From the human T2T-CHM13v2.0 reference genome, Homo sapiens, in the NCBI RefSeq assembly GCF_009914755.1, contig NC_060934.1: a stretch of 64,000 nt of DNA; one strand, given 5' to 3'. Position 1 is the stretch's first letter. The number at the start of each line of letters is the position of its first letter. The notes under the pieces are model-generated. The model saw only the letters and a list, made by a program, of their open reading frames with translations, was not told where the DNA came from and ran no database searches. Position numbers and translations under genes: made by a program. Shown piece after piece: positions 1 through 9,997 of the stretch.

Positions 1-1030
1 TTCTCTTATTCTTCCTGCTAACAGCAAGAAACAGCTTTCATTTTTCTCTGTAATTACTTTTCATTGTATATAGCAATACAGCTGAGCTTTTCTGTCCATA
101 TTTAAGCCTTGTCTTTCTCCAAGCCTCTTCCCCCACCACCAGCCTCCCTCCTTCACCCCACAGGATAAGGCTGTTAAAGTTGTTCTTCCCTGCCAGAGCA
201 GTGGGGTGAATGTATAATCTTTTAACTTGGCTGTTGCAGGAGAACTCCAGCTACACCTAAATGATTAAGAGCCAAGTTTTTGAAAATGTCATGGACAATG
301 ACAGCACAGTGCCCCAAACAATGGCATTTGGAAATGAAGACATTTGTGAAATAAATGGATTTGTCTTATTATTTTAAAGGTTGCTGTGACTTTGCTTACA
401 CTGAATTTATTGATTTTTCCCCCTTCTCCTTCTCCTTCCTCTTCTTGTTCTCCTCCTCCTTCTGTACAGTTGCAGGCATAGAAGCTGGGCCAACTATTCC
501 CTCTACACTGCAACCACAATTCAGTACTGCCCATGTGTGCTAATGGGCATTTTTTTTTTTTCCAAAGGAGGATCAGTCTCTTAAACATAGCGTTTTACTA
601 AAAAGCTATTCTCTTCAGCTGTCTCAACTCTTCAGCTAGTTCTCTGTGCATTACAGTACATATGTAGATAACACAAAGGCTATTATACCCATAATAGCAA
701 TGACATACCAGATACCACTGGTGCTAATAGTCTCTCTCTCTTTTCTTTTCTTTTTTTTTGTTACTCTAACCCATCAGTTGCCTCTGTGGCTTGTTTAGAG
801 AAAGGAGGGGATTGTGGGAAAGCAAATTACTGTAGTATTCATTCACAGCTTTGTTCCAGGCCTGACAAACATTTCCAACTTTTCAACCATGGTGTCATTT
901 ACTCCAGAGGGACCAGGCAAAATGGCTCATGAAGCTCCCACCGTTTCAAAACCAGAAACAGCTGCCGGTGTTGCTTGCAGTTTGCTGAGTGTGCTCTGGC
1001 TCTGAGCTGCCGCTGACGGCTCTCCCTTTA

Positions 1031-1046
1031 GCAGTAGGTGTCACTG
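1031..1046 (+). promoter_or_regulatory. Candidate CTCF motif in a CpG-retaining unique segment
   Basis: GCAGTAGGTGTCACTG resembles CCASYAGRKGGCRS with tolerated deviations; about 15 CpGs in 940-1345. Motif-only evidence. Confidence 0.3.
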
Positions 1047-1794
1047 CGGTGAGTGGTAATTACAGCGGAAGATTTTAGAGGACACGGGATAATTAGGCCA
1101 GCCCCGTGCAGGCATAAACACTGACATTTACCATATTAAAAACCGGAGATGTCGGCATTTTCCTCCCCCCACCCCTACCCAGACCACAACGATAGCAACC
1201 TCACCAACAAAGGCAAGTTTTCAAGAGAACAAAGGGTCTTTGCATTTGAGGGAGTTTGACTGGGCTCCTGGTGCGGTGCTATTTGTTGGTCCCATTTGGG
1301 TTCCGCTCATCACTTGGGAAAGCGTCCAGCTGAGTCTCTACGGCTTATACTCCTTCCTCTTGGATCCTGCAGAATGCCATAGCCTAGGCATGATGGCAGA
1401 GGAGGTGGTGGGGCATGATAAATTATACCATCCAGAGAGCACCTCTTCCTTTCCACTGTGGGCTGGGCACAAGGTGGCATCTCTCAATACTGCCCTCTCC
1501 TGGACCTGGGTGATGCCATGGCAGTAACAGCAGGTATATTTCCTGGTTCTCCAGCAAATGACAGTCAGGAAGTAGGAAGGTAGATGAATACAAACACTAG
1601 TCCTACAAACCCAAACTACCCCTCTAAGGGCTGAAGTTATGGCAATATCCTCTCACCCTCTGTCCGAAATAGAAATGGAACAAGTGTTTGCAGAAAGTTC
1701 AATAATGCCTAGGCTGCAGCTGCAACCTACTCCAGGGAGCCCTTCTGAAAGTTACTGGGGTGCTCAAATGCAATGCTGTAGATCCAGAAGAACC

Positions 1795-1945
1795 CATGTT
1801 TGAATTCCAGACGGGCCATTTTCCTATTAAGGGATGCTGGGTAACTTCGATCCTCAGTTTTCCCTTTTATAAAATGAGAAAATGAAAGTGCTTACTTCAC
1901 AGAGTTGTTATGAAGATAAAATAAAAAAGCATTGAGCACACAGAA
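1795..1945 (+). mobile_element. MIR SINE fragment
   Basis: Core cctcagttttcccttttataaaatgag...cttcacagagttgttatgaagataaa. Confidence 0.6.
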
Positions 1946-2469
1946 GAATTGCATAAAATGGTACAATTCTTTCCCATTGCAAAAGTTCATTTGCCCCAAG
2001 TCGGGGACTGTGTTTGAGATAGATTTTCCGCAGAGAAATAAGGCTCAAGTCTCAGATCTCTGTGCATTGGGGAAATGACAGTGATTAAGTGAGAAACCCT
2101 GGCTACTCTCTGAAGGCAAGACCTCCAGACATGTTTGTGCTAACATGGGGTGGATCCACTCTCACATTTGCTCCCTCACAGATGCTGCAGATACAGCGGA
2201 GGGCTTTCATAAGTGAAACCGCACTCTCATCTTTTGAATGGGAACTCCTCAATACAGTCTGGATTTTAAAAACATCCTCCCAAACACGAACACCTTCGTG
2301 GTCTACCCAAGCATTTGACTTCTCTGCAGGGAGGGCTCAGGGCCCCCATCCCTTGATGTGGGTTGTTTAGCTTGGGGTCATGGAGCTTCATGGTCCGGGA
2401 GAGAAAGGCAGCGTGGACCCATGGAAAGAGCTTGAAGCCTTTGATCCAGGTGGCTGTGTGGAAACTGGA

Positions 2470-2540
2470 TGACCCTGGGAAAATTACTTCAACTCTGTGA
2501 ACCTGAATTTCCTCACTTAGAAATGAGAAAAAAATAACCC
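2470..2540 (+). mobile_element. MIR core fragment
   Basis: ctgggaaaattacttcaactctgtgaacctgaatttcctcacttagaaatgag. Confidence 0.5.
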
Positions 2541-3379
2541 ACCTCCACCCACCAGTGCCAGCCCAGGTAAAGCACTTGCCCGTGAGATATGGAACCCCTT
2601 CCCCTCCCTTTGGGTATTCTCTTTCTCATCAGTAAAGGAATGAGTCTCCTCACAAGGAGTTTACGAGGCTCTGGTGTCAAGTGGTATCACTTGACACCAG
2701 GAAATAGGAAGGAACAAATAGGAAGGATCTCCTTGTTGTTATTATTCATGGTCCCCAAGGGGCTTTCTTGGTGTGGCTACTCCCAGCCTCAGGATGCTGG
2801 GCTCTGAGTTCCCTCTCCTGATGACAGCAACAATGCAGCTCAGCTAGAGAAGGGTCCAACTCTAGCAGCTGTATTTTCCAAATTAAAAATATGCACAATT
2901 TTTTTCAACTATTTCTAGCTGTGAGAGTCAGCCTAACACTGTTCTGGACACAGAAACATCAGAATTTCTGAAACATCTCAGTGACATAAAAGACTAGGAC
3001 TGCATGTTTTAAACAGTAACCATCTTGGACCATGTGGCTGCACTGGAGATGTAGGTCCCCATGGCAGCCCTGAGAAGATGCTCCAACCATGATCTGTACA
3101 AGCCAAACTTTGCTTGAGGAGGAAGGGCCAAGGCAAGATTAGTGGTTAAGCAAACAGTAGGCGTGTGTGGCATAGGAACAGCCTTTAGGGCTGGGTTGGT
3201 CTCTTTGGATAGTGTCTGAGATAGTTTCCAGAGTCACTCTCCCCATCCTCATTGCTGTGCTGAGAGTTTTTTCTGCTGTTTAAGGTCTTGGGAAGCCATC
3301 CTCCTACCTCTCTTTTCCTTAGGTCTAAAGGAACTGGATTCTTGTCCACCCCTATAGGTACTATGAATTACTGGATCAG

Positions 3380-3570
3380 CATATAGGTTTTGGACAAACA
3401 AACTTAGATTCAAATTCTAGTTCCACTACTTACTTGCTACAACCTTAAACAAACTAATAATTCTTAGACTTAATTTTGCTTTTTGTTTATTTATTTTCTT
3501 TTCTTGATATAGTGGATATATATATCTACTTCATAAGGTTTTAGGGAGAATTATGTAGCATTCAATGAGA
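3380..3570 (+). mobile_element. MIR SINE (degenerate)
   Basis: ttagattcaaattctagttccactacttac...ctacttcataaggttttagggagaatt. Confidence 0.55.
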
Positions 3571-4076
3571 CAGTCATCACCGTAGTAAAAGGAACAGTTG
3601 GAGGGTAGTAGCAATAATAATACTAGTAGAAGATACTGTGTTTGAAACTCTTACCAAAGTCACAACTAAAAATGATCATAGCTGGAATTCCAACTCATTT
3701 TCTGACTTTAAAGCCCATGTTGAAAATACTGTGTAAAATGCACGAAGCACCTGGCAGGCAGTCATCTGTGATTACTGGTTTCTTTATTGCTTGAGTTGGA
3801 TGACAGTCCTAGGTCATCTGATTGGATTTTGGATTCATTTGAGACATCTGGAACCTCTCTTGGGAACTTCTTCCTCCTTGGGCCTTTGCAGCAGGACAGA
3901 TGGGCTCTCAACACCACTGCAGATTTCAGGCTCTCTCTCACTGGAACATTAAGAAGTAGTTTTGGTTGGTGATACTGGCTGTGGAATTTCTGCATAGAGG
4001 TTGGTAGAAAACCCCAAGCAAGGGAGTCTAAGATGCTGTAGAGTATTGGACATTTAGTATTGCTAAACTGTTCGAA

Positions 4077-4108
4077 GTGTGTGCCTGTGTGTGTGTGTGT
4101 TTGTGTGT
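4077..4108. repeat. (TG)n microsatellite, interrupted
   Basis: gtgtgtgcctgtgtgtgtgtgtgtttgtgtg. Confidence 0.85.
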
Positions 4109-4274
4109 TTCTCCTGTGTAATTCAGGAAGTCCCCAAAGCTCACTCCTACCCCAAAACCAGCCAGAATCTCTCTCATTATCTTCACTTTCCAGGTCTGTT
4201 CCTCTGAACTCCCTTGCTAGTAGAGGTGAGCATGCCAAGGTACGTCTTGTTATGTTCCAAGGTCACTTCAGTTC

Positions 4275-4395
4275 ACTTGATTGTAAGCTGCAAAACGGTA
4301 GAAATTTCTACCATTTTTGTTGGCCAATGTATCATATCTCCTAGAACAATGAATGGAACATGGGAAACACTCAGAAAACATTTGTTGAATAAATT
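4275..4395 (+). mobile_element. L2 LINE 3' end
   Basis: ttgtaagctg...cctagaacaatg...ctcagaaaacatttgttgaataaat matches the L2 3' terminus. Confidence 0.65.
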
Positions 4396-4764
4396 AATTT
4401 TATTTAAATTGAGCTCTTTGAAATTTCAGATGCTCAAAGAGCCTCTTATCTCTGAATGAAGAAAACCAAGTTTTCCAGGACAAAGAAAAACACACACACA
4501 GAAAACCAACCTCTAAAATTTCAGGTTAAATTTAATTCTTTTAAATTGCCAAGCTCTATTCTTATCAAAAGAAATTCAAATGTTTCTACCTGTTAGGGCG
4601 CTGCAAGCTCAGACTTCGGGTGGCTAACTTAAATCTACTTTCTTGGAAGGATAGAAAGGTAGGCATATCTCATTTCCTTTTTGCTGTTTTGAAACCCCTT
4701 TCTGCTCATTGTTTGTCATCTGAATTTTGAGTGTTGAGGATTAAAGGAAAGAATGTAGATCCTT

Positions 4765-4856
4765 CATCAAAGCTTTGTGTCATCCATCAATTTGATAAGT
4801 ATGCCTTCATGCTTTCGATGTCATCATTCAAGTCTTTGTACAAAAGATAAATAATA
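4765..4856 (-). mobile_element. Possible CR1/L3 LINE fragment
   Basis: gtcatccatcaatttgataagtatgccttc...tcattcaagtctttgtacaaaagat resembles the reverse strand of the L3 RT region. Confidence 0.35.
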
Positions 4857-5889
4857 TCAATACAAACATTTTGAAAAGTTATCTTTTTCTATCTTCTAAC
4901 ATATAATACTTACACATATACTTACATTAAATAAAAATATTGTTTACTACTTACACGTAGTTTCTGTGCTTCTTGACTAGCCAAAAATCCAGTTCTGTGG
5001 AGTTATTAATTTTTTTAAGCTGGTACCCTTCTCACCATAACCTTCCACAAATAATTTCATGATGGTCAACAGAAATACATTTCTTTCTCCCCAGGTAGAG
5101 TCAGCTCTCTGAATGGAAACCCTAGAGTAACTCCTGTGTTATTAACAAATGAAAATATTATCAGGAGCAGCACCCAAGAATGAGAACTAGGAGATAATTG
5201 AGCAATGCATCTCATGAAAGTGTACAAAGTAAAGAAAAAAAAAACCTCCTTTTTGGCCCATGATTGTTAAACAGAATGCAGAGTTGACTTCTGGATTTTC
5301 AATTAATTTTTCTGTCAAATTCTTACTTGACTTGACTATGCCACTGCTCTTGGGTTTCAGCCTGAGTTGAACACATATTTTCAAGACTTAAGAAGGCATC
5401 CCAAAAACAAAATTCAGAAATTATATATTTCTTATACTGAACAATCTGTGTCCATGTGTGAAGAGTAAAGAAGGAGGATTTAGTTGGAAAATATCTATAA
5501 AATGAAGTACATCTGTAGGCATAGAATGGAATGATCATTCCTCTGGTCTTGTAGTGAGCAGAAGTTTTAGATTCCTATGATGTCATATCAGCACTTAACC
5601 CAGAAGTGTCTGAACACTGTGAGCTAATAAATTAACTTGGATTGGGTTTCTGTCTCTTTTAGCTGAAAAAGACCTAATTCAGTATCAAATGGTTCCCTTT
5701 TTCATTAGTTACTTATTCCATAAGCTACTTAGCCTTCCTACTTCTTTTCTCTTATCTTGACCAACTCAAGAGAATATCTCATTCTTTTCTATCCTTAGAA
5801 AACTTGCAATCTTACTTATTATTTAGAATAACTCATTTCATACTTTATGATATTGATTTTTTAATGTACACGTGTGGTTTTTATCAACA

Positions 5890-6110
5890 AATAGCAAGTT
5901 AGTGGAATGTATGATAATATGCATCTTTGAATTTCTTAACACCTAGCACAATTTCCTTATACACGGTAGGTGCTCACTTAGCATTTAGAAATGAAGATTA
6001 ATGGCAGATTCATGAAAAGGTCCACCTGCCAAAGTGTTAATGAAGTCTTCATTCATTAATTCATTCAAATATGTATTAGATATTTACTATATTTTTGGTA
6101 GTATGATAAT
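5890..6110. mobile_element. Two L2 3'-end fragments, tail to tail (+ about 5890-6005, - about 6047-6110)
   Basis: acctagcaca...ggtaggtgctcac and ttcattcattaattcattcaaatatgtattagatatttactat. Confidence 0.5.
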
Positions 6111-7036
6111 GAAATTAGTCTGAAGATACATGTGTTCTTCTTCAGAATTGTCATAAATTCCTAGCATGGTTGCATGGATGATATAGGGGAAGGAGACTTT
6201 GGAAATACCAGTTCCTGGGATCATTTCATGTTCAAATGCAGCAGATAGCTCAGCCTGTTGGAGGAAATACAGATGAGAATTCTCTGTGTTTAATATCTGT
6301 CATTAAAATGACAGCAATAAAGCCTAAAACCCAAAGAGGGAAAATCAGCTGGGTCCTTATAGATTGTCACAGCCAAGAGCAATAAAAACTAAATCAATCA
6401 CAGATCATGGCAATAGATAATTTAGCTAGTACTGGAAATTAAATGAAAGGACATTTCCAGCACTCAGCCCCCATTGTGGGACAATGAACATGCCCTCGGA
6501 ATTCAGATGGGCTTGTTGAACAGTCTAGGGTGAAGATGGGAGGACGAAGGGAAAATTATTTAAATGAAATTTAAATTGCTTTGTTTCTTTATTCCTCTGA
6601 AGGTTGCCTTTGTTATTACATTGCAATATTTTATCATCAACGTTTCTGAAACACCCTGGGTTTCTTGGTATTTCCACCCTTGTTCAAGGGGAGGAAAAGT
6701 GGTTCTTTTGAGAGTGGTGCCCTGTAGTCTGGGCAGCTGGAACCCAATAATCAGCTGATTGTTAGGGCCAGTTTTGGAGAAGAGTTTTCTGGAACAGAAG
6801 AAATATGGAGAGGGGCAAACAGCACCTCTAGGACCCAGGACATCTGTGTTTTAGGCCTATCTTTGACACTATCAATCACAAATCAACAAATCTGGGCTTC
6901 AGAATTCTCACTGGCAAAGGGAGAGGATTAGACTCAATGATCTTTCAGAACCTGTCTAGTGCTAAAGCTCTGTTATTCTATTACAAATGACCAGTGTGAA
7001 TAACAGAGTTCCAGTATCATGGGTTTTGCTGCTAGA

Positions 7037-7123
7037 AGAGTTTGGCTAAACTACAAACTTTGTCTATTAGCTATGAAGTTTGGCTAAACTACGAAGTTTG
7101 GCTAAACTACGAAGTTTGGCTAC
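7037..7123. repeat. 18-bp minisatellite GAAGTTTGGCTAAACTAC, ~4.7 copies
   Basis: Exact copies at 7075-7092 and 7093-7110, near copy 7037-7054, degenerate copy 7055-7074, partial copy 7111-7123. Confidence 0.9.
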
Positions 7124-7300
7124 ATTCAAGAATGACTTGAATGTAGGAGCACATTCCCCAACCCTAGAAAATTTAACATCTAGAATTAATGAGTGAATGA
7201 ATGACCACTGGGCAGTCTTCCATTCTTTATGGATTTGATCTAGTTCAACTGCAGCATTCCCGGTGAGGGAAAATTTTTCTTATTTCAAATAAAATATTGT

Positions 7301-7730
7301 GTCCAGGTAGAGTGGCTTACACCTGTAATCCCAGCACTTTGGGAGGCCAATGCAGAAGCCTCTCTTGAGTCCAGGAGTTTGAGACCAGCCTTCACAACAT
7401 AGTGATGTCCCATCTCTACAAAAAAGATGAAAGCTAGCCAGGGCTGGTGGCAAGTACCTGTAGTCCCAGCTACTTCAGAGGCTGAGGTGGGAGGATTGCT
7501 TGAGCCCAGGAGTTCCAGACAAGGCTGAGCAACATAATGAGACATCATCTCTACAAGAAAATAAAAAATCAGGTGGGCTTAGTGCCATGCAGCTGTAGTT
7601 CCAGCTACTTGGGAGGCTAAGGCAGGAGGATCACTTGAGCCAGGGAGGTCAAGTTTGTAAGTGAGCTATGATCATGCCACTGCACTCCAACCTGGGTGAC
7701 AGAGAGAGATCCTGTCTCTTATTTAAAAAA
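7301..7730 (+). mobile_element. AluJ-type composite with three monomers
   Basis: Left arm 7301-7432, hybrid arm 7433-7568, right arm with the 31-bp insert 7569-7730; J-type gaggattgcttgagcccagg. Confidence 0.9.
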
Positions 7731-7733
7731 GTA

Positions 7734-7780
<47 letters not shown>

Positions 7781-8070
7781 ATATATATACACACATATAT
7801 ATATACATATATACACATATATACATATATACGTACATATATACATATATATACATATATACATATATACGTATATATACATATATACATATATATGTAT
7901 ATATACATATATACATACATACATATATACATACATATGTACATATATACATATATACGTATATATGTGTATATATAACATAAATATCTGTTATTATATA
8001 TTTTTATTTATATATTTCATAATATATAAATATATATTATAATTATATATAACATATTATAAAATATAAT
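7731..8070. repeat. Compound (TG)n/(TA)n/(TACA)n microsatellite and AT-rich tract after the Alu tail
   Basis: Directly visible alternating purine-pyrimidine tract of ~250 bp plus AT-rich low complexity. Confidence 0.95.
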
Positions 8071-8924
8071 TTTAGCCTTCTCCTCTACGCTGATGTAAAT
8101 CTCTGGATTCATTTCCAGTATTTGCTTTCTTTGAAGAAAACTGCCTTATGTTTAGTTTCTGGTTAAGATATTTCCACTGCTTGTTAAGCCACCTTCCCTG
8201 ACGCTTGCCTAATATAGACTATTCTCTTAATGTACAACATGTGGGAAAGAGGGGTCATGCTGCTTCCAGGAGATGTGCATGTGGTTCTGGAGTATTAAAC
8301 TCTCTGCTCAGCAGATATCAAAGGCAGTAATTTAAGGAACAAAACACCTACTTTCTTCCGCAGTCATAAAGAGTTGAAGTAGGCCCAGTCACTTAAATCC
8401 AAGTTGATGAACTTAGACATCACATGTGTTACCTGTAAGGTGGGAAGTCCAGCTGGTAATGGCCTGTGTCAACAACAAGGAAGGGAGGGGATGGATCGGG
8501 GGAGTGACTGGGAAGACTCCTTGGAAAATATCAGTTGATCATGGAGTTCTAAAACTATGACTGATGCAATTCTAAAGGCCTAAAGAAATTTCTCTGGGTT
8601 TGAAAGTAAGTGATAGCTGGTGACAGGGGACATTAGTGACCTCTTTGGAGAACTTTAGGGAAAGAGCATAGTTTAGGAATAGAAAACAAAAAGTCCAACT
8701 CTTAAACATTCTGACCTTTGTTTCTGACCCCAGAGTTGCAACATGTTTCGGGCATCCAGCAGGCTTTCTGTTCTTGCAAAGCCCATTTTTCTCCTCCAAC
8801 AAACATCATTTCTTTTGCCGCTGGCAGATCAAGTCCCTCCTCAAACATGAAGATTGGCCAGCTGCTCTCAGCAATCTCTTTGCCATTTATTCACAAAACT
8901 TACAAAACTGGTGCACATTTGGTG

Positions 8925-9115
8925 AAGACACCAGTCCCTGTGCTAGGCACATTACATTTGTCATCTCAATGGACCCTCTCAGCAGCCTCAAGACCTGGTA
9001 CCTTATTGTTGTTTTAATAAGAAAACTTGGGCTTAAGTAGGTTAAGTCAACTTGTACAGTGGATCTGGGATTCAAACTCATGCACACTAAATCTTGGCCT
9101 GTGACTTAAACACAT
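8925..9115 (-). mobile_element. MIR SINE
   Basis: tgtgctaggcacattacatttgtcatctca...gaaaacttgggcttaagtaggttaagtcaacttg...ctgggattcaaactca. Confidence 0.6.
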
Positions 9116-9977
9116 TTCACTGTGATACTGCATTACCTCTACACTAATAATTAGAACTGGCTCTTTAGAAATTAATTACCCACTCATTGCTTTTAACATA
9201 GTTTTTATTTTCTACATCACTGTAATGCTAGTTAAATCTCTTCTGCTAACCTGGCTCCAAGCTTCTAATTAGAAGGCTCATGTCTCTTCCTTCTTCACCA
9301 TCTCCCTTCCCTGGCATCCCCGGCCTGCAACCACATTACAATGACGCTAGCATAGTGGGTCCTTCCAAGTCCATTCTTCCTTTGGAGCCCTGTCTAATTG
9401 CTCATCTAAAACAAATTTCCTTCAGAATTGCACTTCTGTCTGCATCCTTCTCTCCGCCGAGCCGCAAGGAGCCCAGGAGGCAATGCGAAGCAATTATTCC
9501 CTGTGTATATACAGACACTCAGTGCAGCTGGGCTGCAAATCCAGTTTATTATCTTAAGAAGAGGATCTGGTTTAGCCTAAGTTTACATCTCATCTGCCTC
9601 CCATTCATTAGATGGGCTCCAGGGCTCGGCTTACATTGCATAAACTCAGCTGGTATGTATACAATGCCAGCAATATGGAGGAGGCTAACATGTGTTGAAT
9701 ACATCTACTGTGTCTTAGGTCTCTGAAGGTCACTCACTAAAGTAATAGATGGTGCTAGTGTTAGTGGCTGAAGGTCAAGTCATCTTGCTTTTCATAATGC
9801 ATAAACCTGAAACTCACTCAGACACCAATCATATGACCTAAACCTTGGAACAAATATTTTACTAAGTAAATCAGTGAGCATGCTGGCATTTCTATTAACC
9901 TTCAATGCACTGCTGACAGAAAATGAATAATGATAAATAATAACTCAAGCCTGTAAATCATGCTTAGCATCAGAAGC

Positions 9978-9997
9978 AAAAAAAAAAAAAAAAAAAA
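9978..9997 (+). repeat. Poly(A)20 tract with no adjacent SINE body
   Basis: Direct count. Confidence 0.9.

Noticed and set aside
7649-8042. Six overlapping Tyr/Ile/His/Thr-rich ORFs
   Set aside because: Translations of the TA/TG/CA microsatellite, which lacks stop codons.
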